DNA from: Stegostoma tigrinum
Lineage: Eukaryota
Length of the DNA: 64,000 nucleotides
Direction of reading: 5' to 3'
Assembly: GCF_030684315.1 (NCBI RefSeq)
Contig: NC_081360.1
Coordinates: 79,845,780 to 79,909,779, forward strand
Below the pieces are notes generated by a model. It was not told the DNA's origin. It did no database searches and worked only from the letters and a program-made list of their open reading frames with translations. Positions within the stretch are counted from its first letter, which is position 1, and each line of letters begins with the position of its first letter. The position numbers and the translations under genes were made by a program. Positions 39,368-51,254 of the stretch are shown here, piece by piece.

Positions 39368-39860
39368 TATTAATTTCCTCATTTGATTGTAACAGGGTTA
39401 ATTTAGAAAGGATCCCTTCCCTTGTGATTACCTTTCTCCCAGGCCTAAATGAACTTATATTTAAAAGAAGCCAATTTACCCAGGCTGTCTTTAATCAATA
39501 TAAAGGAATAATTCATTAATTACTAAATACAAAAAAGATTGCTTGCACAACACACATACACACAGATGAGTTCAAAAAAGTAAAAGTTTGAAGAATATAC
39601 ATATGGATTAGTCTCTGGAATGTTAATGAAGAGTGGATAATTGAACATTGTGGCCATTGCAGTGGAGATTATGGGTAGCATTAAATAATGATGAGTTGTT
39701 CCTTACAATATTCTTGGTTTTGCGGGCTGATTCCTTTTCTGTGCAGCACTTGCCATCAGAGAAGGTCTTTGCTTTCAACACAAGGCTAACTAGCGAAAGG
39801 ATCTTCATCAGTGACCTTCACAGCATGCTAATGCTCAAATCTAAGTGGCTTCACATGCAA

Positions 39861-39957
39861 GATAACAAAGTGTGGAGCTGGATAAACACAGCAGGCCAAG
39901 CAGCATCTTAGGAGTTTTCACAAAAGCTGACGTTTCAGGCCCAGGCCCTTCATCAGA
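39861..39957 (-). mobile_element. PLE-terminus solo arm without tail
   Basis: TSD cttcacatgcaa (39849-39860) / cttcacacgcaa (39960-39971). Confidence 0.9.
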
Positions 39958-40047
39958 CCCTTCACACGCAAACATTTATTTCCATTAGCCTCTGGCTTTT
40001 TGAAATTTTTAAAAAGCTTTGAAATTTACCCAGAAATGTCTGTGTAT

Positions 40048-40150
40048 TTTCTAGTCAGTCTGTTTAGAGGTGTTATTACACAGCTGTGGAGCAGATAGGA
40101 CTTGAACCCAAGCCTCCCAACATACGGATTCTCCCACTGTACCACAAAGA
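40048..40150 (-). mobile_element. Short tRNA-derived SINE (same family as 8880-8990)
   Basis: ggacttgaacccaagcctcc is the reverse complement of the B-box region. Confidence 0.6.
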
Positions 40151-40429
40151 TTACAAGATAGCACTTTCACCTAGGAGGAAAGTCAGCCTACTCCCTCATT
40201 CCCTCATCTTGTTAAATTTCTCCCTGTTTGAAGATTCTGTGACAATTTATATGTGTGACATTCCATAGTTTCACCAGGACTTCCACAGTCACTAAATTTA
40301 AATTGTCAGTTTTTCTGACACAGATCTTTCTAAAAACAAAATACTTTGGAATTAAAAGTTTTTAAAAAATGGATCCATACTTTGGAGTTCTGATCCATTG
40401 TCATAATACTTCTCAGCCCAAACCTAGAT

Positions 40430-41045
40430 TTTGGTCAGGTTTTGCTGCATTTGGACAAGGACTGCTTCAGTCTCTAAGCAGTTATGAATGGTGCTAAACA
40501 TTGCACAATCATCAGTGAACATCCCGCAGAATGGTGAAGGAACACCATTGGATGGTTGAGCCTAGGACATTAACCTGAGGAAGTCCTTCAGAGATATCCT
40601 GGGGCTTGGCTGGCCTCCAACAATTGCAACCAACTCCCTTGTGCTCTGTACAATTCCAACCAGTGGAGGGTTTTCTCCCAGATTCCAGTTGACTCTAGTT
40701 TTTCCCAGGGTTCTTCGATGTCACATTTGGTTAAATGCAACCCTTGGTGTCACCTCACCCCTGCAATCAAGCTCCCTTGTCCATGTTTTGAACCAAAGCT
40801 GCAATGAGGTCAGTAGCTGAATGGCTTTGCTAGAATTCAAATTGAGCATCAGTGAGCAGTTAGTGCTGGTCAAGCTCTGCTTGACAGCAATGTGAGCGAT
40901 ATCATTTATCTTTTCACTGATGATCAAGTGAAGACTGATAGGGCTGTAATTGACCGATTTCTAGATTGGTCTTGTTTTTTTTGTTGTTGACAGGACACAC
41001 CTCGGCAATTCTCCGCATTGTCAGATAGATGCCAGTGTTGCGTAT
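40430..41045 (-). mobile_element. CR1/L2-group LINE (second family) RT fragment
   Basis: catcagtgaacat (rc MFTD), cctaggacattaacctgagg (rc PQ..VLG), antisense peptide WTRELDCRGEV..VAFNQ. Confidence 0.7.
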
Positions 41046-41500
41046 TTTATTGTGTATTTCTCTAGTGCTGTGCTTGAACCAAAAATAGTGCACACGCTTA
41101 TGCAAACTTACAAAGGAAAACAAAGGAAACTCCACCGCCGTGACCCATCCACAAGGAGACCAGACCAGCCCAGGCCCAAACTCCAACCTTATAATGTTCT
41201 GCCGCGGGGGAGGCCCAACCCACTCAGAACTGACTCACATACATGTTAACACAGAAGACTTGCTCCACCGTCTCTCCAGAACATCAGGATGCTGGAAACC
41301 TACAAGGAAATGGGGAAAACATGCTGGCCTAATGGTGAGGTTGACACTATGCGGTTTCAAGACGCCCCTCTCCAGGATACTCCTAGCAAATGTCTAAAGT
41401 ATCGAAAACAAAATGAATGAACTCAGATCTGGATTTAAAACAGAGGGAGCCGAGAGTCTGTTGGGTGCTCTGCTTCATGGAGACTTGGCTCATCCCTGTC

Positions 41501-42654
41501 ATTTAAGGCATTTGATAAGGTTCCCCATGGTAGGCTCATTCAGAAGGTCAGGAGGAATGGGATACAGGGGAACTTAGCTGCTTGGATACAGAATTGGCTG
41601 GCCAACAGAAGACAGCGAGTGGTAGTAGAAGGAAAATATTCTGCCTGGAAGTCAGTGGTGAGTGAAGTTCCACAGGGCTCTGTCCTTGGGCCTCGACTGT
41701 TTGTAATTTTTATTAATGACTTGGACGAGGGAATTGAAGGATGGGTCAGCAAGTTTGCAGACGACACAAAGGTCGGAGGTGTCGTTGACAGTGTAGAGGG
41801 CTGTTGTAGGCTGCAGCGGGACATTGACAGGATGCAGAGATGGGCCGAGAGGTGGCAGATGGAGTTCAACCTGGATAAATGCGAGGTGATGCATTTTGGA
41901 AGGTCGAATTTGAAAGCTGAGTACAGGATTAAGGATAGGATTCTTAGCAGTGTGGAAGAACAGAGGGATCTTGGTGTGCAGATACATAGATCCCTTAAAA
42001 TGGCCACCCAAGTGGACAGGGTTGTTAAGAAAGCATATGGTGTTTTGGCTTTCATTAACAGGGGGATTGAGTTTAAGAGTCGTGAGATCTTGTTGCAGCT
42101 CTATAAAACTTTGGTTAGACCGCACTTGGAATACTGCGTCCAGTTCTGGGCGCCCTATTATAGGAAAGATGTGGATGCTTTGGAGAGGGTTCAGAGGAGG
42201 TTTACCAGGATGCTGCCTGGACTGGAGGGCTTATCTTATGAAGAGAGGTTGACTGAGCTCGGTCTCTTTTCATTAGAGAAAAGGAGGAGGAGAGGGGACC
42301 TAATTGAGGTATACAAGATAATGAGAGGCATAGATAGAGTTGATAGCCAGAGACTATTTCCCAGGGCAGAAATGGCTAGCACGAGGGGTCATAGTTTTTA
42401 GCTGGTTGGTGGAAAGTATCGAGGGGATGTCAGAGGCAGGTTCTTTACGCAGAGAGTTGTGAGAGCATGGAATGCGTTGCCAGCAGCAGTTGTGGAAACA
42501 AGGTCATTGGGGTCATTTAAGAGACTGCTGGACATGTATATGGTCACAGAAATTTGAGGGTGCATACATGAGGATCAATGGTCGGCACAACATTGTGGGC
42601 TGAAGGGCCTGTTCTGTGCTGTACTGTTCTATGTTCTATGTTCTATGTTCTATA
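41501..42654 (+). mobile_element. Young 5'-truncated CR1/HER1-type LINE
   Basis: Frame-intact RT; (TTCTATG)n tail at 42627-42654. Confidence 0.95.
41502..42557 (+). pseudogene. CR1 ORF2 reverse transcriptase C-terminal part (one premature stop at 42399-42401)
   Basis: FKAFDKVPH...VPQGSVLGP...KFADDTK...LEYCVQFW; after the TAG the same frame continues LVGGKYRGDVRGRFFTQRVVRAWNALP to TGA at 42557. Confidence 0.92.
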
Positions 42655-42747
42655 ACTGTGCCCTATAAGCTGATGGGTTCTCCATAGACCACATGGACCA
42701 CACAGCATGCTTGGGCAAGGCGAAGGGCAGTGGGGTATGCTTCCTGA

Positions 42748-43815
42748 TCAACAATTCCTGGTGCTCAGACATAGTGACCTTGGCAAGCCATTGCTCCCCG
42801 GACCTGGAATACCTTACAGTAAGATGCCGTCTTTACTACCTACCATGAGAGTTCAAGACTGTCATCCCGACAGCAGTCGATATACCACCCTGTGCAAATG
42901 TGAAGAATGCCCCAGACATGATTTACACCACCACAAACACTCGAGTCAAAATTCCCTGAGGCCCTATTCATTATGGCCAGTGACTTCAACCAAGCCAACC
43001 TCAAGCAGATGATGCCAAAATACCACCAACATATGTCCTGCCCTGCTAGAAGACTAAGCATTCTGGATCACTGCTACACAACCATCAAAGACACCTACAG
43101 CTCAAACTCCCACCAAACTTGGGAAAATCAGATCTCAACACTGTGTTCCTCCTCCCAGCTTACAAACTTACAGAAACTGAAATGGGAGAATCCTTCACAA
43201 AAACAAGGACAGTGCTGCTCCTAGGCAGTGGAGGACTGTTTCCGGGACTGCTTGGACTCAGTGTTGAAGTGTTCAGTGGAAAACATGGATGAGTACGCTA
43301 CCACTGTCACCGACTTCATTAGTAAATACATGGAGGACTGCGTACCAAAGAAGTCAATCGGAGTGTTCCCCAACTGTAAACCTTGGATGAACCAGGAAAT
43401 CCTCTCCCTACTCAACACCAGATGTGCAGCATTCAAGTCAGGTGACCTGGGCCTGAAAATCCTGATATGACCTTTACAAAGCTATCCAATCTCAAGGCTA
43501 GCTCCATCCCCTACAGTTTGTTGACCGAAGTAACAGATCTATGGAGGATGCCACATCCTTAGCCCTGGATTTGTCCCTGAAACATCGGCAACAAAAATAC
43601 CTACATCAGACTGCTGCTCAACAATTCCTGGTGCTCGGAGGTAGTGACCTTGGCAAGCCACTGCTCCCCGGACCTGGAATACCTTACAGTAAGATGCCAT
43701 TCCTACTACCTACCATGAGAGTTCAAGTCTGTCATCCTGACAGCAATTGATATACCACCCTGTGCAAATGTGAAGAATGCCCCAGACATGATTTACACCA
43801 CCACAAACACTCGAG
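42748..43815 (+). repeat. Direct duplication of about 198 bp (42748-42945 and 43618-43815)
   Basis: tcaacaattcctggtgctc...cacaaacactcgag present twice, 870 bp apart, with few substitutions. Confidence 0.95.
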
Positions 43816-45477
43816 AGTCACATTGACTACACTCTGACTTCAAAACCATTCTCCCCTCCAAACTGATCTCATAACTCCATGACCTTGGTCTCAGCTCTGC
43901 CCTCTGCAAGTGGATTCTCAGTTTTCTGACCAATAAGCCATAATCCGTGAGGATAGGTAACTGCACCTCCTCCACAATAACATTCAACACTGGAGCCTCC
44001 CAAGAATGTATCCCAAGCCCGTTACGATACTCCCTGTACACCCACAACTGTGTTGTCAAATTCCGGATGAATGCAATCTGTAAGTTCGCTGATGACACCA
44101 CCATAGCGGGACAGATATTGAACAACGACAAGTCAAAATAAAGAAGGACTTCTACACCTTCTACAGATGCACCATTGAAAGCATACTGTCCAGGGACATA
44201 ATGACATGGTATGGAAACTGCTCTGCCCAGGACCATAAGAAACTGGAGAAGGTTGTGTGCACAGCCCAGACAATCATGGAAGCCAACTTCCACCCCTGGA
44301 CTCTATTTACATGGTTCACTGCCATAAAAAGATGGCCAACAACATCAAAGACCCATCACATCCTGGTCATGACCTCCTGCAACCTCTTCCAACAGGCAGA
44401 AGTTACAGAAGATTGAACACGTGCATGAGCAGGTTCAGGGGCTGCTTCTTTCATTATCATTCATTATCAGAATGTTGAATGGATCCAGCCTCAAATAATG
44501 TAACCTGCAATGTAATCTGTATGCCTTTAAGCCTTTTTGATCTGCACATCCTTTGTTTGCTGTGATCTGCCTGTACTGCACATAACGAAAGCTATTCACT
44601 GTATTTCAGTACACTTGTCAATAAAATCCAGTAATCGAAAAAAAGACAAGAGAAAAACTATTGTGTTTACACAACAGATCCAACTGTACATCCCAAACAT
44701 TTAATGATGCAACCTTGTGACAATATTCACTATGCTATCTCTGGAAAAGAGAAAAACTGCTTTGTGGCTGATTCAGAAAACACTTTGGCAAACTGCTCAC
44801 TAGCTTCCTCAGGCAATCCAGCATGACCCAAGAAACTGTAATAAAAATGACTCATCACAATCTCTACTAACAGCACATCTTCTATAATTTGAAATACCCT
44901 TTTCTGTCAAGAACTTGTCAAGCTCTCCTATTAAGGGTTATAGTGACTCCATACTCAACACATGTCACAACCATCTGTTCCAGATGGCAATGGCTCTCTG
45001 TGAAAATAAATACTTCCTGACATCTAATTTTGTCTATGGATCTTAAAGGCATGAACATTAATCCTTGCATTGCTAATATATCAAGAAAGTAATATAACTA
45101 TATTATTTCCAATTGCTTTATCTTTAAATCCTCAATTGTATCCCCTTCTAGAATATGCATAATAATACCACCAATTTTAGATGATCTGGATAGCTACAGG
45201 TTCGAAGATTCGGAATCCCTATTATCCAGCACTTAACATTCTCTGTCTTTCACACCCTTCACCATGTTTAGTGACAACTCTCTATCAACTTTGTGGGCAC
45301 TTCAAATGACTCAATACGATCAGCTGGAATCTCCGATTTTGGATAAGGCAGAATATTTTCACATTAAACATTGGGAAATTAAAGCAGCTTTAATATTTAA
45401 GCTTTGCTTGAGCCTGAGATGGGTTTGCAGCATGATGGGCAAGATTTGCATCTTCAAGTGGAGGCGGGAATGAAGTT

Positions 45478-45772
45478 ACATAGAACATAGAACAATACAG
45501 CGCAGAACAGGCACTTCGGCCCTCAATGTTGCACCGACCTGTGAAGTAATCTAAGCCCCTCCCCCTACACTATCCCATCATTATCCATGTGCTTATCCAA
45601 GGACTGTTTAAATGCCCCGAATGTGGCTGAGTTAACTATATTGGCAGGCAGGGCGTTCCACGCCCTTACCACTCTCTGAGTAAAGAACCTGCCTCTGACA
45701 TCTGTCTTAAATCTATCACCCCTCAATTTGTAGCTATGCCCCCTTGTACAAGCTGAAGTCATCATCCTCGGT
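45478..45772 (-). mobile_element. Young CR1-type LINE 3' end
   Basis: (catagaa)n tail; peptide TRGHSYKLRGDRFKTDVRGRFFTQRVVRAWNALP. Confidence 0.92.
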
Positions 45773-45970
45773 ACAAACACAATTATGTTTTTCAGAGCAA
45801 AAACAATTAGAAATTCTAGAATCATAGAATTTTACAGTACAAAAGGAGGCCAGTCAGCCCATCATATCTGCAACAGGTCCCCAAAGAGCTCCCCAACTAG
45901 TCCCATTCTCCAGCCAGATCTCCATAGCACTCTACATTAGTCAGTTTCAAACATAAAGGCTCTCTTTCAA

Positions 45971-46104
45971 AAGCCTAAAGAGCTGTGGATGCTGTAAATC
46001 AAGAAACAAAAACAGAGGTTGCAGTAAAAGCTCATCAGGTCTGGCGGCATCTGTGAAGGAAAATCAGAGTTAACGTTTTGGATTCAGTGACCCTTCCTCA
46101 GAAC
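45971..46104 (-). mobile_element. Older PLE-terminus element with hammerhead-like motif
   Basis: Reverse complement CTGAGGAAGGGTCACTGAATCCAAAACGTTAAC...cagatgccgccagacctg. Confidence 0.7.
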
Positions 46105-46385
46105 GAACTCTCATTTGAAAGTTCGCTTTTGAAGCCTCCAATGGAATCCTCCACCACCATTCTCCTAGGTATAAATCCTAACAAGTCTGCGTAAAGAAGC
46201 TTCTCCTCATCTCACTCCTCGCTGTCTTGCTGAAAATCTGAAAAATGTGACCCCTCATTACTGACAGACCAACTAGTGGAAACAGCTTATCCTTTACTCT
46301 GCAAAAATTGATCATAATTTTAGACACTTCAAAAAGATAACTGTTTAATCTTTTCTGCTCCAAGAAGTATAAGCTCAATTTCTCT

Positions 46386-46583
46386 AAGATAGTAGGAACT
46401 GCAGGTGCTGGAGAACCTGAGATAACAAAGTGTGGAGCTGGATAAACACAGCAGGCCAAGCAGCATCAGAGGAGCAGGAAAGCTAATGTTTTGAGAAGGG
46501 TCTCAGCCTGAAATGTCAGCTTTCCTGCTTCTCTGATGCTGCTTGGCCTGCTGTGGTCATCCAGCTCTACACCTTGTTATCTC
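46386..46583 (-). mobile_element. PLE-terminus asymmetric palindrome
   Basis: Centre aatgttttg|agaagggtctc; TSD ctcaatttctct at 46374-46385 / 46581-46592. Confidence 0.9.
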
Positions 46584-48890
46584 AATTTCTCTCAACCTTC
46601 TTTTCATTTGAAATCCTTTATTTCTGATATAATTCTAGTAAATCTCCTTTGCTCTCTGTCCAAGGCTTTATCATCCTTCCTTCCTCAAATAAAGTGCCCA
46701 GAACTGAACACAATACTGCAAATGTGCTCTGAATAATGATTTGTAGAGGTGTAGCATCACTTTGTTGCTTTTATACTCTATACCTTTACACATAAACCCG
46801 AAGGTCCTATAATCCTTCGTAACAACAGTTTCAACTTTCCTGGCCACCTTCAGAGAATTATGCACTTGAACCCTGACATCCCTCTGCTCCTGTATTCCCC
46901 TCAAAGTAATACCATTGAGCCTTTATTATGTCTCCATGTTTCTTCTACAAAAATGCATTACCTCACATTTCTCTGCATTGAAATTCTTCTGCTAATTTTG
47001 TGTCCATTTGGCCAACTTGTCAATATCTCTCTGAAGCCGCTCAGCTTCATTCTCATGATTCACCTAGCTTAGCATCATCTGCAAATTTAAAGATTTCGCC
47101 CTTGAAACCCATCTCTAAATTGTTTATTCAAATTAGAAAAAGTAAGGGTCGCAACACTGAAAACTAGGGATTGTCACTTTTATCTCTTGTCCTGTCTGAG
47201 AGGTGCCCATTATTATGTCCTTTGTTTCCTACATTTTCGTGAACTTCTATTCAATGCTGCTGAAGACCCATCAGCCCCAAACATTTCTCATTTTCTAACC
47301 AACCCACCATGTGGTGCCATATCTAATGCTTTCGGAAAGTTCAAATATACAACATCCTTATCCATTGCCTCGTCAAAGAACTCAATCAAATTTGTCATAC
47401 ATGACCTGCCCTTGACAAGGTCACATTGACTGTCTAATATTAGCTTTTTTTTTCTCTGAGTGTATAATTATCTTATCCTGTCTTATGGCCAACATCAGTT
47501 TTCCCACAGTTGATGTCAAGCTTACAGGTCTGTAATTTCCTGGTTCATTCTTTGCCCCTTTCATAAACAATGGCATCACATTTGCAATCCTCTAGTCTCC
47601 CTGGACTAATCTTGTGTTCAGAGTGACCTGGAAAATTTCTGTCAATGCTTCCAGAATTTTCCCCCTTAGCTCTGTCAGCAATTTGGATGTATCCCATCTG
47701 GGCCTGGCAACCTCTCGACCTACAGTGCTGCCAGCCTTTTAAGTACTACTTCTTCATGTATCATATTGGTCAATACTTATGTTTTCAACTGGGCCATGGG
47801 AAAAGAAAATCCCAGCATCTACTCACCTCTTTTGATTCACAAGTATCCTCTTTTAAATGGAAATGAGACACCATTAGTTCTGTCAATTTCAAGCAATGCA
47901 GTTTAATGCTTTTGGTATGGAAGCACTGGCCATTATGATTGATTTATTTACTTCCAAAATAATGAATAAATTAATAATGAATTCAGAACAGCAGGCGGAC
48001 AATTGATCCAAGATTGATTGACAGTTTTAAAAAATAACAGATTGTGCCTTTGGTGTGGTTTCTTGTTTGTTGATAAACTTATTAAGAATTCAAATAATTG
48101 CATCTTATATTAAATTAGAGTTTTTATTTTTCTTCTTTCTGGTATCAGTGATAGTTATTGAAATTCAAATATTTATTAGGTTGTTCAAAGATTATGTTTT
48201 CAATGATTTTAAGCCAATTCTATTGCTGTTGCCTGACTGCTGAAGACTATGTCATGGATATTGGGTAGGCAACTACATAGAATGCAGGGGGGCATGGAGG
48301 TGGCATGGTGTATATGGAGGACTTGAGGAGACATCATGTGGCATGAGTCACCTGATGGGGGAATATGGTGGAATGGAGTAAGTAGAAGATGAACAGCATG
48401 GAGGTGGCAATGTGATGAGTGAGAAATGTGAGTGTGAGGTTTAGAGGACTTTGCACAAAGTTAGGATCTTGGCTACTGTGTTGGATATTTGAGCTGGGCC
48501 TTCTAATTGTCTCACCCATACACTCCTCATAAACGCCAAAGTAACTAAGAGAATGTGCTGCTAACCTGAACTCCCTGTTTCAAGCCAAAAATCCTGGGCA
48601 AAATCATTTATGTGCTGGGTAAATATTTCATAAGGCATAAACATGAACTGGTTTGCCTAAGTCCACATGTAAGTCTAAGACTATATTCTTGCATCATCAA
48701 AGGAAGTTAATACCACCTTCATAACATTGCATTTCTGCTTACCTATCTTAGCTATTCTGCTTCTCATGTCCTTTTCCATGCCTTTATTACCACCAAACAC
48801 ATTGGTCTCAGAATGTTTAATTGAATACAAGATTATTGGCAACTACCGCTTATTTACATGTGCACTTGTGATGCCGAGGCATAGGAGGCA

Positions 48891-51002
48891 ATGAATCAAA
48901 TGCTAGAAAATCAGATCAGAATAATTAGGTCTTTAACCGGGAGCCCAACCCTCCCTCCACTAACCTCTTCACCCGCCTCCAACACAAGTCCTCCTCCTGG
49001 ACACCACTCCCAGGCCTCCTACCCTCTCTCAACCTTTTCATCTCCAACTGCCATTAAGACATTAACCCGCCTCAACCTCTCCACCCCTCTCACCCACTGC
49101 AACCTCTCCCCCGCGGAACGGGAAGCCCTCCGCTCCAACCCCAACCTCACCTTCAAACCCGCAGACAAGGGAGGTGCAGTGGTAGTATGGCGCACTGACC
49201 TCTACATCGCTGAGGCCAAACACCAACTCTCCGACACCTCCTCCTACCGCCCCCTTGATCATAACCCCACCCCGGAGCACCAAACCATCATCTCCAACAC
49301 CATCCATGACCTCCACCTCAGGGGACCTCCCACCCACAGCCTCCAACCTCATTGTTCCCCAGCCCCACACCGCCCACTTCTGTCTCCTCCCAAAAACCAC
49401 AAACCCGCCTGCCCTGGCCGACCTATTGTTTCCGCCTGCTGCTGCCCCACTGAACTCGTCTCCACCTATCTGGACTCCATTTTGTCCCCCTTGGTCCAGG
49501 AACTCCCCACCTACGTCCGTGACACCTCCCACGCCCTCCACCTCCTCCAAAACTTCCAATTCCCTGGCCCCCAACACATCATTTTCACCATGTACGTCCA
49601 GTCCCTATCCACCTGCATTCCTCATGCAGATGGCCTTAAGGCCCTCCGCTTCTTCCTGTTCCGCAGGCCCGAACAGTCCCCCTCCACCGACACCCTCATC
49701 CGCCTAGCCGAACTCGTCCTCACCATCGACAAATTCTCTTTCGATTCCTCCCACTTCCTACAGACAAAGGGGTTGGCCATGGGTACCCACATGGGCCCAA
49801 GCTATGCCTGCCTCCTTGTAGGTTACGTGGAACAGTCCCTCTTCCGCACCTACACCGGTCCCAAACCCCGCCTCTTCCTCAGTTACATTGATGACTGTAT
49901 CGGCACCGCCTCTTGCTCCCAAGAGGAGCTCGAACAGTTCATTCACTTCACCAACACCTTCCACCCCAACCTCAAGTTCACCTGGGCCATCTCCAACACA
50001 TCCCTCACCTTCCTGGACCTCTCTGTCTCTATCTCAGCCAACCAGCTAGAATCTGATGTCCATTTCAAGCCCACCGACTCCCACAGCTACATAGAATACA
50101 CCTGCTCCCACACAAACCCCTGCAAAAATTCCATCCCCCATTCCCAATTCCTTCGCCTCCACCGCATTTGCTCCCAGGATGAGCATTCCACTCCCGCACA
50201 TCCCAGATGGCTGCATTCTTCAAGGACTGCAACTTACCCCCCGCAGTGGTCGAGCAAGCCCTTGACCGTGTCTCCCACATTTCCTGCAACACATCCCTCA
50301 CACCCCGCCCCCGCAATAACCGCCCTAAGAGAATCCCCCTCGTCCTCACATACCACCCCACCAACCTCCGACACTTCTGCCATCTACAATCCGACCCCAC
50401 CGCCCAAGACATTTTTCCATCCCCACCCTTGTCTGCCTTCTGGAGAGACCACCCTTGTCTGCTCCACACTCCCCTCCAACTCCACCACACCCGGCACCTT
50501 CCCCTGCAACCGCAGGAAGTGCTACACTTGCCCCCACACCTCCTCCCTCACCCCCATCCCAGGCCCCAAGACGACTTTCCATATTAAGCAGATGTTCACC
50601 TGCACATCTGGCAATGTAGTCTACTGTATCCACTGTACCCCGTTTGGCTTCCTCTACATTGGGGAAACCAAGCAGAGGCTTGGGGACCGCTTTGCAGAAC
50701 ACCTCCGCTCGGTTCGCAATAAACAACTGCACCTCCCAGTCACGAACTATTTTAACTTCCCCTCCCATTCCTCAGACAACATGTCCATCATGGGCCTCCT
50801 GCAGTGCCACAATGATGCCACCCAAAGGTTGCAGGAACAGCAACTCATATTCCGCTTGGGAACCCTGCAGCCCAATGGTATCAATGTGGACTTCACAAGC
50901 TTCATAATTCCCCCCTCCCCCACTGCATCCCAAAACCAGCCCAGCTCATCCCCTCCCCCCACTGCATCCCAAAACCAGCCCAGCTCATCCCCACCTCCCT
51001 AA
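48891..51002 (+). pseudogene. PLE reverse transcriptase - GIY-YIG endonuclease, inactivated
   Basis: KPADKGGAVVV, PGRPIVS, GLAMGTHMGPSYA, YIDD, CNRRKCYTC linker, VVYCIHC..LYIGETKQRLGDRFAEH, LGTLQPNGIN. The ATG lies outside the element, there are two pairs of compensating frameshifts, and motif A reads FTMYVQSL (Asp expected at the Y). Confidence 0.9.
50910..51000 (+). repeat. Tandem duplication of about 40 bp at the PLE ORF end
   Basis: cccactgcatcccaaaaccagcccagctcatcccc twice (PTASQNQPSSSP x2). Confidence 0.9.
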
Positions 51003-51222
51003 TCTGTTCTTCCTCTTACCTATCCCCTCCTCCCACCTCAAGCCACACCTCCATTTCCCACCTACTAACCTCATCCCACCTCCTTGACCTGTCTGTCCTC
51101 CCCAGACTGACCTATCCCCTCCCCACCTCTATACTCCTCTCTACCTATCTTCTTCTCTATCCATCTTCGGTCCGCCTCCCCCTCTCTCCCTATTTATTTC
51201 AGAATCCTCTCCCCATCCACAT

Positions 51223-51254
51223 CTCTGATGAAGGGTCTCAGCCCGAAACATCAG
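51223..51254 (+). ncRNA. Minimal hammerhead ribozyme motif in the PLE 3' terminus
   Basis: ctCTGATGAAGGGTCTCAGCCCGAAACATCag; ACGT has decayed to ACAT. Confidence 0.6.

Larger units (their letters stand above)
41150..44627 (+). mobile_element. Rex1/Babar-type LINE, decayed, internally deleted, interrupted by CR1
   Basis: RKWGKHAGLMVRL..GFKTPLSRILLANV, LCFMETWL, GVCFLINNSWC, ILDHCYTTIKD, YATTVTDFISK..VFPNCKPWMN, CKFADDTT, WYGNCSAQDHKKLEKVV; 3' end ttcactgta...gtcaataaa. Confidence 0.85.
45815..47720 (-). mobile_element. Older CR1-type LINE with two nested PLE-terminus insertions
   Basis: GIEYKSNKVMLHLYKSLFRAHLQYCVQFWA; gcatcatctgcaaattt (rc KFADDA); tail tagaatcatagaa. Confidence 0.85.

Noticed and set aside
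41540-42252. Overlapping 100-171 aa ORFs on alternative frames and strands
   Set aside because: Shadow frames of the CR1 RT.
49062-50962. Multiple antisense Gly/Val-rich ORFs
   Set aside because: Shadow ORFs caused by the C-rich PLE coding strand.
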